A stretch of DNA of 64,000 bases, from positions 217,219-281,218 of the forward strand of contig JAGDZS010000007.1 in NCBI GenBank assembly GCA_049115595.1, given 5' to 3'. Shown in pieces: positions 37,533 through 47,031 of the stretch; the stretch's first letter is position 1, and every line of letters begins with the position of its first letter. Source of the DNA: Flavobacteriaceae bacterium (GTDB taxonomy: Bacteria > Bacteroidota > Bacteroidia > Flavobacteriales > Flavobacteriaceae). The notes beneath the pieces are model-generated. The model was not told the origin of the DNA. It was given only the letters and a program-made list of their open reading frames with translations, and did not search any database. A program made the position numbers and the translations under genes.

Positions 37533-39014
37533 ATGTTTCCATACAAAACTAGCTTCCAATTAAAAAGAGATCAAGGAGTTCCCTTGTATTTGCAGTTAGC
37601 AAATCAATTTATACAGTTAATAAAAGATCAAGTATTATTGCCTGAAACAAAGTTGCCAAGCAGTAGAGGTTTAGCGACACTTTTAGAAGTGCATAGAAAA
37701 ACGGTTGTAGCTTGTTACGATGAACTATTACTGCAAGGGTGGGTAGAAAGTATTCCTAAGAAAGGAACGTATATACATGCAAATTTGCCCATTTTAAAAC
37801 AACAAGAATTTCTGAATGATAAAGAGCGAAAAACAAACAAAGAAGCTAATTTTCATTTTGAAAAAAATGAATTACTAAACAGGAGAATTTTCGAAAGGAA
37901 TGAGGATTGGACAGTCTTAGATGATGGAGTTTCTGATGTTCGTTTAACGCCTTTGGAAGAGATTGCTAGAACGTATCGACGTATATGTGCAAGGAAGAGT
38001 AGTTTGGAAGCATTAAACTATGGTTCTACCTATGGAAATTTGAAGTTGCGTAAGACATTATCAGAATATTTAAACAAGACACGTGGACTGCATATCGATG
38101 AAGATTCAATCTTGATTACAAGAGGAAGTCAAATGGGAAGTTTTTTGACTGCTAAATTACTTGTTAAACCTAATGATTATGTAATAGTAGGTGAGACAAA
38201 TTATATAGCAGCAGATGTTACTTTTAAAGAACAAGGAGCAAATTTATTGCGAATTCCTGTAGATGAAAATGGATTGGATGTTTCCAAAATAGAAACACTC
38301 TGCAAACAACATAAAATAGCGGCAGTATTTGTTACATCTCATCATCATCATCCAACAACGGTTACACTATCGGCCGAGAGAAGAATCCACCTACTTAACT
38401 TGTCGAAAGAATATCGTTTTGCAATTATTGAAGACGATTACGATTATGATTTTAATTACAATCACGCCCCAATTTTACCTTTGGCAAGTCATGATACACA
38501 TGGAAATGTAATTTATATTGGATCTATTTGTAAAACAGTGGCTCCTGTATTTCGAGTCGGTTATTTAATTGCTCCTAAAGAATTTGTCGATGAGGCAGCT
38601 AAATTGAGACGCTATATAGATCGACAAGGAGATGCTCTGCTAGAACTAACATTTGCTGATTTTATTCAGAGTGGCGATTTAGATCGACATATTAAAAAGA
38701 TTCTAAAAGCTTATAAAGTACGGCGTGATTTGTTCTGTAGACTTTTAAAAGAAGAATTGAATGATTATTTTTCATTTGAAATTCCAAAAGGAGGAATGGC
38801 AGTTTGGATTACTTTACACAAGAAGTATTCTTGGGATGATGTGATTGAGGTTGCTAGAAAACACCAATTAGAAATTGGCGATTGGAGACGTTATGATGTT
38901 CGTAAGAGGGGTCACAATTCCATTCGTATGGGGTTTGCTAGCAAAAATGAAGAAGAGATTGTGAGTTTGGTTGAGAAGTTGAAGTTGACATTTGCTGAAA
39001 TACAAGTTAATTGA
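37533..39014 (+). CDS. MocR/GabR family regulator (GntR wHTH + PLP aminotransferase-like domain)
   Basis: LPSSR.LA..L.VHR.TV, ITRGSQ, IIEDDYD, YIGSICKTVAPVFRVGY. Confidence 0.93.
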   Translation: MFPYKTSFQLKRDQGVPLYLQLANQFIQLIKDQVLLPETKLPSSRGLATLLEVHRKTVVACYDELLLQGWVESIPKKGTYIHANLPILKQQEFLNDKERKTNKEANFHFEKNELLNRRIFERNEDWTVLDDGVSDVRLTPLEEIARTYRRICARKSSLEALNYGSTYGNLKLRKTLSEYLNKTRGLHIDEDSILITRGSQMGSFLTAKLLVKPNDYVIVGETNYIAADVTFKEQGANLLRIPVDENGLDVSKIETLCKQHKIAAVFVTSHHHHPTTVTLSAERRIHLLNLSKEYRFAIIEDDYDYDFNYNHAPILPLASHDTHGNVIYIGSICKTVAPVFRVGYLIAPKEFVDEAAKLRRYIDRQGDALLELTFADFIQSGDLDRHIKKILKAYKVRRDLFCRLLKEELNDYFSFEIPKGGMAVWITLHKKYSWDDVIEVARKHQLEIGDWRRYDVRKRGHNSIRMGFASKNEEEIVSLVEKLKLTFAEIQVN

Positions 39015-39015
39015 T

Positions 39016-39080
39016 TCTCATTCCGACCAAGGAGGAGGAATTTTTTCATTTGAGATTCCTCGACTCAACTCGAAATGACA
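39016..39080. repeat. REP-type imperfect palindromic doublet
   Basis: Right arm GAGATTCCTCGACTCAACTCGAAATGACA; left arm shares TCATT.CGA..GAGGAAT with its reverse complement. Confidence 0.7.
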
Positions 39081-39155
39081 CTAAGAATAATAATTGGTAC
39101 TTCTTAAAACTCAAAAAGTACCAATCAATTAAACTAATAGTAATAAGTTTATTTA

Positions 39156-39452
39156 TTAACTCTCTCCAATTGCAATAAAGCTAAATTGGAAATCGACCGG
39201 ATTACCATTATAGTCACCTACTTTAGCGGTAGCTGAACTCACACTAAGAAAAGGAAATACAACATTATCTTTAGTATTCTGACCAAGATTTTTATGGCCT
39301 GTATGAGAACCTACGATTGCAGGAACTCTGGAGAAATTCGTGTCGAAACCAATTAAATATCTACCTTTTTCTTCTTTTCTCACTGAGAAACCACTTCCTG
39401 AAATAATTCTACCATTACCTGCTACGGTTCCCCAAATTGTTTTTGTTGCCAT
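39156..39452 (-). CDS. 98-aa beta-rich hypothetical protein (tail-fibre/H-type-lectin-like module)
   Basis: G.V..NG.I.SGSGF.V...KGRY.I.F...F...P.IVGS and terminal FSFIAIG; fold is inferred. Confidence 0.6.
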   Translation of the reverse strand: MATKTIWGTVAGNGRIISGSGFSVRKEEKGRYLIGFDTNFSRVPAIVGSHTGHKNLGQNTKDNVVFPFLSVSSATAKVGDYNGNPVDFQFSFIAIGES

Positions 39453-39606
39453 TTGATTGTTTTAAATGATTAATAAATTGTTTTACGACTCAAAGTTGAA
39501 GAATTGATTCAATGAGTTTTAAAGAAATGGAATGAGGGCTTTACTTTTTGTCATGAAAATGAGAATATGAGGTATATGATAAAAATTAAGCCTTTTTAAT
39601 TTCAAG

Positions 39607-39631
39607 TTTCTCGACTCAGTTCGAAATGACA
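39607..39631. repeat. REP-type half element
   Basis: TTTCTCGACTCAGTTCGAAATGACA, 22/25 identical to 39056-39080, same orientation. Confidence 0.75.
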
Positions 39632-39643
39632 AAAGAACAACCT

Positions 39644-40504
39644 TTAGTCGTTGAAAATCTTCAAAAATCTCTTAGGTAGTTCACTTTCTATCGTCATAGG
39701 TTCTTGTGTGAATGGATGTACAAAGGCTAGGGAAGAGGCATGTAAATAAAGTCCTTTACCTTTTAAAATCAAATCACTTATTCCATATTCTTGATCTCCT
39801 AAAATAGGGTTTCCTATACCAGAAAGGTGTTTTCGTAGTTGATGCCTTCTTCCAGTTTTTGGAAATAATTGAACCAAGTTTAAGGTATCAAATCGGTTTG
39901 AAGGAACTGAGGTAATTACTTTATATATTGATTCAGATTCTTTTTCATCGACTGATTGGTTGATGGTACCTTCTGTATTCATTTTACCGATAGTAATGGC
40001 ATGGTAAGTTTTCTGAATCTTTTTCGTTTCAAATAACTGATTTAATTCTTGAATGCTGGCGCTGGTCTTTCCAATCAATAATAAACCTGTGGTTGGATAA
40101 TCCAATCGGTGCACCGGACGTGGGCGAACAGCGCCCGATTGCGAACTCTTGGTTAAATTCTGCATCAATGCATTATCAACAGTCTTAAATTTATTTCCAC
40201 TTACTAAAATACCCGCAGGTTTGTTAATCACTGCTAGATAATCATCTTCATAGACAACATCTAATTGTAGAATCAATTTTGGTTGAGTCGTTTCCTCTTC
40301 TGAACCTAAAAGCGTGATGGTTTCGCCACCAACAATGATTGTTGCCGTTGAGTTTGGTAAACCATTCACCAAAATCAATTCTTTTTTGATCGCTTTTTTA
40401 ATGGCTGATTTTGTGGCAACTGTTTTAAAAATACCCACAGCATATTCTTGAATCCGAATTGTGGCTTCTTGAGTTGGAACGATATGTGTCTCTAGGATTT
40501 TCAA
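39644..40504 (-). CDS. RluA family pseudouridine synthase
   Basis: NKPAG, HRLDYPTTGLL, TGRRHQLRKH, GNPILGD, LYLHA; start uncertain (TTG 40504 preferred over 40531). Confidence 0.9.
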   Translation of the reverse strand: MKILETHIVPTQEATIRIQEYAVGIFKTVATKSAIKKAIKKELILVNGLPNSTATIIVGGETITLLGSEEETTQPKLILQLDVVYEDDYLAVINKPAGILVSGNKFKTVDNALMQNLTKSSQSGAVRPRPVHRLDYPTTGLLLIGKTSASIQELNQLFETKKIQKTYHAITIGKMNTEGTINQSVDEKESESIYKVITSVPSNRFDTLNLVQLFPKTGRRHQLRKHLSGIGNPILGDQEYGISDLILKGKGLYLHASSLAFVHPFTQEPMTIESELPKRFLKIFND

Positions 40505-40520
40505 ATTCTTTATAAAAAAA

Positions 40521-40542
40521 GATTCCCGCAAAAGCGGGAATC
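40521..40542 (-). terminator. terminator formed by a GATTCCCGC/GCGGGAATC REP-like hairpin
   Basis: GATTCCCGC-AAAA-GCGGGAATC with T7 on the minus strand, 10 bp after the S41 peptidase stop. Confidence 0.75.
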
Positions 40543-40552
40543 AAAAGTATCA

Positions 40553-43500
40553 TTATTTATCTTTTTTATATCCTTTTGGTCTTTTAGAACGAATAGGAGC
40601 TTTTGGTTCTGGTTTTAATTTGAATTCATTGCCTTTTAACAATCGTAAAGCTTCTTTTACTGCTGCTTGTAATTGAGGGTCATTTCCTTGTAAAACTTTC
40701 TTAGGATCTTGAATCACTTCAATATCTGGAGCAATACCTTCACCTTCTACTGCCCAGTTTCCATCTACATCATAGAATCCACCACGAGGAGCTACCATAC
40801 GTCCACCATCTATAAAGCTAGGTGTATCCCAAGTTCCTACTAGTCCTCCCCAAGTTTTGGTTCCAACCAAAGGTCCGATTTTTTTCATTTTAAACATATA
40901 CGGAAGTAAATCTCCTCCAGATCCAGCACGTTCGTTGATGATCATTACTTTTGGACCCCAAATACCTGCCATTGGTGTAGTCCAAGGTCTACGGTCGTTG
41001 GCTTTACTATTAAAGTATCCAAAGAGTTCTCTAGACATAATATCAATCATATAATCAGCAGCAGAACCACCACCATTATTTCGTTCATCTACAACCACTC
41101 CTTTTTTATCTTGTTGAGAGAAGTAGTATCGGTTGAAGGATGTGAAACCACCACCACCACCAGTATTCGGAACATATACGTAGGCTAGTTTTCCGTTCGA
41201 AAGCTTATCTACTTTCCTACGGTTTCCTTCCACCCAGTCTATCGTTCTTAATCCTCTTTCGCTAAATGTAGGCTTTACTAAAACAGTTCTAGCGCCTGTA
41301 GTGGTAGGCTTTGAGTTTACTTTGATGTAAATTTCTCTTCCACCTGTTTGCTCTAATAAATGATATGGATTCATTTTAGAAGTTAAAGCAACACCATTAA
41401 TTTCTAGTAGGTAATCTCCTTTGTTAACATCAATTCCTGGCAATCCTAAGGGAGCATTAATATTTGGATTCCAGCGTTCTCCTTTGTAAACTTTTGCAAA
41501 ACGGAACAATCCTTTGTCCTTTTCAAAATCAGCACCTAAAAGCCCAACCGGAACTCTATTAACATTCGGTGTATCTCCACCAGAAACATAAGAGTGTCCA
41601 ACAGCAACTTCACCACTCATAATATCAACGATGTAATTCAAGTCAGTTCTATGACGTACATGATCGATCCATGGCGAATACCATTTGTAAACATCATCCC
41701 AAGGTGCACCGTGTACATTGTCTACATATAAGAAATCACGCATGTATCTCCATCCTTCTTTAAAGATCTGATGCGCTTCAGCTTTAGGATCAACCTTTAG
41801 CTTCATGCTTGTGTTTAATCTTCCTTTCCCAGGTTTTACAGGGAATTTACTGCTTACTAAACTCCAACTTCCTCTACTATATAGTAGAATTGAATTTCTG
41901 TCTTCAGAAGCAACCATGTTCGCAACTCCTTTTGAAAAAACAGTCGCTTTTTGTTTACTAACATCGTAGCTATGTACTGTTAATCCTGGTGTATTAGGAA
42001 CAGCTTCGGCAACAAAAACTTTATTTTTAGGCCCTTTTAGTAACGAAACATAATTTCTTGAAGGCAATCTCAAAGCAACAGCTCTATCGAATATTCCATT
42101 TTCATCAATGGTAACAGTAACACCTTTCTTTGCACCTTTTTTAGCGTCCTTTTTACCTTTTGAATCTTCTTTCTTTTCTTTTTTAACAGCTTCTTCATCC
42201 GTTTTAGGAAGGTTAGGAGCTTTGTCTTTCGAATTCAAAACAACAGCATACAAACTTCTTGTCACACTAGGATCAAAAGAACTCATATCTAACCAACCAG
42301 ATTGTAATCCGTAGTTTGTACTCGCTAGCGTATAGATGTATTTTCCTGAAGCATCCCAAACTGGACTTATTGCATCTGCAATAGGGTCTGTAATAGCAAC
42401 CGTTTTCTTTGTGCTTACTTGATATGCGTAAATAGATTTAAAATGACTATCATTCTGTTTTGCATAGGCAATCCAATCACTATCTGGAGACCATTGTGGA
42501 TTCATTGATCTATTAGGGTGAGCATACCTATCGGTAGCAACTTTTACTGCTTTTTTTGTTTCTAAAGTCAAGACCCAAATATTGAAATCTGTATCTGTAT
42601 AGGCAATGTGCTTTCCATCTGGTGACCAATCTGGTCTGAAATAGAATGTAGGGTTAGGGATTGCTATTGATGATTGATTTGTTCCATCTTGATCAGCAAT
42701 AACCAATTGATATTCTCCACTCTTGTCTGAAAACCATGCCACTTTATCACCTTTAGGAGACCAAATAGGAGACCTATCTGCAACACCAGAAGTATTGGTT
42801 AAGTTTCTCCAAGTTCCGTTTTCTTTTGGCACGGTAAATATTTCACCTCTGTACTCAAAGATGGCACGCTTTCCTTTTGGAGAAACGTTTGGATTGGTTA
42901 AGTTTCTTCCACTAACATTCATCCATCGAGTTCTTGAATAGTTCTGGTCACCTTTTACATTGATGTTGATTTGTTTTGTGCTTCCGGTATTCGGATTCAG
43001 CATGTGGATATAACTTCCTTGTTCGTAGACGATACCGTTTGAATTGGCATCCAAGCTTTTTACATCAAACTTTTTGTGAAATGTAATTTGTTTTTCTTGA
43101 TTGGTTTTTAAGTTAAAAGACCAAATGTTACTTGTATAATCTCTTTCAGAAATGTAGTATACAATTCCGTTATGCCATACAGGATCTAAATGCCTTTCGT
43201 TGTCTGTTTGTGGAGCTCTGGTTAATTTTTTGGTTCTTAAGTTCACAATCCAAATAGGCATTGCTTGCCCGCCTCGATAGTTTCTCCATTCAGCATCCCA
43301 TCCAGTGATAGGCGTATAAGCTACGTATTTTCCATCTCCAGAAATTTCTCCATAAGCGGCTCTTGGAATATCTAAAGCTTCAGGAATTCCACCTTTTACA
43401 GAAACTGTAAAGAACTTATTGGTTTGTGTGGGTCTTGCTTCTCTTCCAGAACGAAATAGAATTTTGTTGTCTTTTGTCCAACCTTGAACAAAATCACCTC

Positions 43501-43810
43501 CAGGATGGTAGGTTAATCTCTTTGGTTCTCCACCGTCAGAAGAAACCACATAGACATCTGTGTTTCCGTCATATTGAGCGGTAAAAGCGATCATTTTTCC
43601 ATCATTAGAAAAATGTGGGTTAGACTCATAACCATCATCACTAGTTAAACGGATCGCATCTCCACCATTAATAGGAGCTTTCCAGAGGTCGTTTGCATAA
43701 ACAAAAACAACATCAGTTTTTGAAATGGTAGGTTGTCTTAATAAACGTGTTCCTTGCGAAAAACCTGCATAGGTAACTAGCAGAGCAAGCAATGGGAGGA
43801 ATTTTTTCAT
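40553..43810 (-). CDS. tricorn-like S41 family peptidase
   Basis: Signal peptide, PD40/beta-propeller repeats, PDZ domain, DERNNGGG, GSGGD, GTKTWGGLVG. Confidence 0.95.
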   Translation of the reverse strand: MKKFLPLLALLVTYAGFSQGTRLLRQPTISKTDVVFVYANDLWKAPINGGDAIRLTSDDGYESNPHFSNDGKMIAFTAQYDGNTDVYVVSSDGGEPKRLTYHPGGDFVQGWTKDNKILFRSGREARPTQTNKFFTVSVKGGIPEALDIPRAAYGEISGDGKYVAYTPITGWDAEWRNYRGGQAMPIWIVNLRTKKLTRAPQTDNERHLDPVWHNGIVYYISERDYTSNIWSFNLKTNQEKQITFHKKFDVKSLDANSNGIVYEQGSYIHMLNPNTGSTKQININVKGDQNYSRTRWMNVSGRNLTNPNVSPKGKRAIFEYRGEIFTVPKENGTWRNLTNTSGVADRSPIWSPKGDKVAWFSDKSGEYQLVIADQDGTNQSSIAIPNPTFYFRPDWSPDGKHIAYTDTDFNIWVLTLETKKAVKVATDRYAHPNRSMNPQWSPDSDWIAYAKQNDSHFKSIYAYQVSTKKTVAITDPIADAISPVWDASGKYIYTLASTNYGLQSGWLDMSSFDPSVTRSLYAVVLNSKDKAPNLPKTDEEAVKKEKKEDSKGKKDAKKGAKKGVTVTIDENGIFDRAVALRLPSRNYVSLLKGPKNKVFVAEAVPNTPGLTVHSYDVSKQKATVFSKGVANMVASEDRNSILLYSRGSWSLVSSKFPVKPGKGRLNTSMKLKVDPKAEAHQIFKEGWRYMRDFLYVDNVHGAPWDDVYKWYSPWIDHVRHRTDLNYIVDIMSGEVAVGHSYVSGGDTPNVNRVPVGLLGADFEKDKGLFRFAKVYKGERWNPNINAPLGLPGIDVNKGDYLLEINGVALTSKMNPYHLLEQTGGREIYIKVNSKPTTTGARTVLVKPTFSERGLRTIDWVEGNRRKVDKLSNGKLAYVYVPNTGGGGGFTSFNRYYFSQQDKKGVVVDERNNGGGSAADYMIDIMSRELFGYFNSKANDRRPWTTPMAGIWGPKVMIINERAGSGGDLLPYMFKMKKIGPLVGTKTWGGLVGTWDTPSFIDGGRMVAPRGGFYDVDGNWAVEGEGIAPDIEVIQDPKKVLQGNDPQLQAAVKEALRLLKGNEFKLKPEPKAPIRSKRPKGYKKDK

Positions 43811-43923
43811 TGTAAAAATTTTTAGTTGATCTATAAGCTTTAAAGGTAAAGAATTATAGGATGCCTAATTGTTAAAACTATATCAACGTTTTAGCTTTAA
43901 AAATAAAATGAAAGAGTAGTAGC

Positions 43924-44340
43924 TTACTTGGCAAACAATTGCTCCATATCTTTAAATGACTTAAACTCTAAAGCGTTTCCTTCAGGGTCGTTAAAGAACA
44001 TGGTGGCTTGCTCTCCAGTTTTCCCTTCAAAGCGAACTGTAGGTGCTATGATAAACTCTGTGTTGTTTTCTTTTAATCGTTCTGCCAACTGATTCCAGGT
44101 TTCTCTAGTAAGAACAACTCCAAAATGAGGCACAGGAACATCATGACCATCTACAGGATTGGAAATTCGCTGAGGTAGAAAATCTTCTTTTTGGTGAATG
44201 ACCAATTGATGTCCGAAGAAATTAAAATCAACCCAATGATCAGAACTACGTCCTTCTTTACATTGCAAAATATCTCTATAAAAAGCTCTGCATTTTTCTA
44301 AATCTTTTACAGGGATGGCTAAGTGGAAAGGCTGTATCAT
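43924..44340 (-). CDS. VOC/glyoxalase family protein
   Basis: [40 protein letters not shown]. Confidence 0.92.
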   Translation of the reverse strand: MIQPFHLAIPVKDLEKCRAFYRDILQCKEGRSSDHWVDFNFFGHQLVIHQKEDFLPQRISNPVDGHDVPVPHFGVVLTRETWNQLAERLKENNTEFIIAPTVRFEGKTGEQATMFFNDPEGNALEFKSFKDMEQLFAK

Positions 44341-44399
44341 TGTTAGTTGTTAGTTGTTAGTTGTTAGTTGTTAGTTGTTAGTTGTTAGTTGTTAGTTGT
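44341..44399 (+). repeat. heptamer tandem repeat (TGTTAGT)x8 + TGT
   Basis: Eight perfect copies counted, abutting the start codon of the VOC gene. Confidence 0.98.
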
Positions 44400-44481
44400 G
44401 ACTTCGAGAGCATTTCAACAAGTTCAATGAGACACCTCAGTCACCTTTTTTATGTTGGTCATTGAGGCTCTCGAAATGACA
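44398..44481. repeat. REP-type palindromic doublet with a nested 23-bp insertion in the left arm
   Basis: GTGACTTCGAGAGC[ATTTCAACAAGTTCAATGAGACA]CCTCAGTCACC versus right arm GGTCATTGAGGCTCTCGAAATGAC. Confidence 0.7.
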
Positions 44482-44516
44482 TAAATGCTAATATATTTTC
44501 GAACTTTCATTACTCA

Positions 44517-46217
44517 TTACAAATCTAATTGGAACGTATTCTTAAGTTTCTCCATTAATGGATTCACTTCTTTTAATTTGTCGTATTTCTCTTGTGGAGT
44601 ATAGGCAAACTTCTTTTCAATAGTTTCATTAACAACTACTTCTAAGTTAACTCCGTAATTATTTAAAGATTCACGTAAAAACTTTAGTAGTTTTGGACGA
44701 CCTTGCTTTAATTGATCTTGCATCAATTTATTAGGAAGTACAAAATGAATAATAAAACCTTCTTTTAGAGTTGGTAAGTCGGCAGCGATGATAGAAGCCA
44801 TACTTTTTTCACCTTTTTTGATCAATAATTCCTGATAGGATTTCCAAAGTTGATGTAATTTTTCTTCTGTGAAATCATCTTTTGGATGATTGTCATAGTT
44901 CTCTTCAATGGATGATTTTTTCTCGCTCTTTTTTTGGTGAACACTCTTTAATGAAAGAGAAGAACCACGTCTTTTAACGTTTTTTAAAACTGGAGGTTTT
45001 ACTTCTTGAGCAACTGTTTTTTCTTGAACAATTGGTTGGGGAGTAACTTCTTGAGGCTTTTGTTTTGGAACAGCTTTTTTAGAAACTTCTTTTGCAGCTG
45101 GAGACAATGAAGTAAAGAAAGTAGCTGGTATTATGTAGTTAGCTGACTTTTTTTTTTCTCCATCAAAAGTGATAGAGGCAATTTGCATTAAAGATAATTC
45201 TACTAAAAGTCGTTGGTTCTTACTAGCTCTATATTTCAGATCACAATCATTTGCTTTGTCAATAGCTTGAATTAAAAAAGTAATGCTTGCTTTGGAAGAT
45301 TGATCTAAATATTTCTTTTTTGTAGTATCTCCAACCTCTAAAAGATCAATAGTAGCATTGTCTTTGGCAACCAATAAATCTCTAAAATGAGAAGCCAAAC
45401 CATTAATGAAGTGATGTCCTTCAAAACCTTTACTCAAAATAACATTGAAAGCATTTAATACTTCAGGGATTTTATTACTAAGTAGTAAATTGGTCATCTC
45501 AAAATAAGAGTCATAATCTAAAACATTTAGGTTTTCAGTAACAGCTTCACGAGTTAAGTTGTTCCCAGAGAAACTAATTACTCGATCGAAGATAGAGAGT
45601 GCATCACGCATAGCTCCATCTGCTTTTTGAGCGATAATATGTAGCGCATCATCATCTGCTGTAATTTCTTCTTTCTTGCTAATCTTTTTCAAATAATTCT
45701 TAGCATCTAAAACGGTAATACGTTTGAAATCAAAAATTTGACAACGAGATAAAATCGTAGGTATGATTTTATGTTTTTCAGTAGTGGCTAAGATAAAAAT
45801 AGCATGGGCAGGAGGTTCTTCTAAGGTCTTTAAGAAAGCATTAAAAGCCGCTTGAGACAGCATGTGTACTTCATCAATAATATAAACTTTGTACTTTCCT
45901 GTTTGTGGCGGAATCCTAACTTGGTCTGTAAGACTTCGGATATCATCAACAGAGTTGTTTGATGCAGCATCCAATTCAAAAATATTGAAAGCAAAATCTT
46001 CATCTTCGGATGTACTATCTTCTTGATTGATTCTCTTTGCAAGAATTCTCGCACAAGATGTTTTACCAACACCTCTTGGTCCTGTAAATAATAAAGCTTG
46101 TGCTAAATGATCGTTTTTTATTGCGTTCTCCAACGTATTGGTAATGGCTTGTTGCCCAACCACGTCCTCAAAATTTTGAGGTCTGTATTTACGTGCAGAA
46201 ACGATAAAATGCTCCAT
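44517..46217 (-). CDS. dnaX: DNA polymerase III subunit gamma/tau
   Basis: ARKYRPQ.F, GPRGVGKT, DEVHML, LKTLEEPP, GAMRDALS. Confidence 0.97.
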   Translation of the reverse strand: MEHFIVSARKYRPQNFEDVVGQQAITNTLENAIKNDHLAQALLFTGPRGVGKTSCARILAKRINQEDSTSEDEDFAFNIFELDAASNNSVDDIRSLTDQVRIPPQTGKYKVYIIDEVHMLSQAAFNAFLKTLEEPPAHAIFILATTEKHKIIPTILSRCQIFDFKRITVLDAKNYLKKISKKEEITADDDALHIIAQKADGAMRDALSIFDRVISFSGNNLTREAVTENLNVLDYDSYFEMTNLLLSNKIPEVLNAFNVILSKGFEGHHFINGLASHFRDLLVAKDNATIDLLEVGDTTKKKYLDQSSKASITFLIQAIDKANDCDLKYRASKNQRLLVELSLMQIASITFDGEKKKSANYIIPATFFTSLSPAAKEVSKKAVPKQKPQEVTPQPIVQEKTVAQEVKPPVLKNVKRRGSSLSLKSVHQKKSEKKSSIEENYDNHPKDDFTEEKLHQLWKSYQELLIKKGEKSMASIIAADLPTLKEGFIIHFVLPNKLMQDQLKQGRPKLLKFLRESLNNYGVNLEVVVNETIEKKFAYTPQEKYDKLKEVNPLMEKLKNTFQLDL

Positions 46218-46359
46218 GTAGTTATGCTTATCTTTGTATCACAAATGTAAGTATCTGTGTCAGGATTTACAATATGGTTTCTTAACAAAATACTAAAGTT
46301 GTAAACAATTGTAGGGAATTCTATTTTTCTTAGACCAACAAAAAATAAAACGAAATAAT

Positions 46360-47010
46360 ATGAAGTCTATACAACGAATTGGATTAGTTCTCATTGCAAG
46401 TTTTTTAGCCATCTCTTTTGGGTTTTCTAAACTAGAAGAAACGACAATTAAAAAAAATAATAAAGAACAGAAAGAAGAGGCTGTTGCTTATTTCGCCAGC
46501 GGATGTTTTTGGTGTGTAGAAGCAATTTATGAAAGTGTAGAAGGCGTTAGGGAGGCAGTATCTGGATATGCAGGAGGAAACACCATTAACCCAACATATC
46601 AAAAAATAGGAACGGGTACAACTGGACATGCTGAAGCTGTTGCAGTGTATTATAATCCTAAAAAAGTGAGTTTTAAAACATTGGTAGATGTTTTCTTTGG
46701 ATCACATGATCCTACAACAAAAAATGGACAGCATCCAGATTATGGTAGTCAGTATCGATCGATTGCTTTTTATAGCAATACTAAAGAAGAACAACTCATA
46801 CAAGCTGCAATAAAGAAGTTAAATAAAGAAGTATACAGCGGTAATATTGTTACTGAAGTAACAGCGCACACTAAATTTTATGTTGCAGAAGAGTATCATC
46901 AAAACTTCGAAAAAAGAAATCCTAATAATGGTTATGTTCGAAATGTTTCAATTCCAAGATTGAAACGTTTTCAGAAGAAATTTCCAGACATCTTAAAGAA
47001 AGATCATTAG
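46360..47010 (+). CDS. msrA: peptide-methionine (S)-S-oxide reductase, exported
   Basis: Signal peptide; GCFWC, SGYAGG, GHAEAV, QYRS, AEEYHQ. Confidence 0.95.
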   Translation: MKSIQRIGLVLIASFLAISFGFSKLEETTIKKNNKEQKEEAVAYFASGCFWCVEAIYESVEGVREAVSGYAGGNTINPTYQKIGTGTTGHAEAVAVYYNPKKVSFKTLVDVFFGSHDPTTKNGQHPDYGSQYRSIAFYSNTKEEQLIQAAIKKLNKEVYSGNIVTEVTAHTKFYVAEEYHQNFEKRNPNNGYVRNVSIPRLKRFQKKFPDILKKDH

Positions 47011-47031
47011 ATAGAATTAGCTGCGAAGTAT

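Noticed and set aside
40505-40531. N-terminal extension MRESFFIKN of the RluA ORF
   Set aside because: It starts with TTG inside the terminator hairpin of the upstream gene; a later start is more plausible.
44341-44399. Repeat array as a CRISPR locus
   Set aside because: It is a spacer-less 7-bp tandem repeat, and there are no cas genes in the window.
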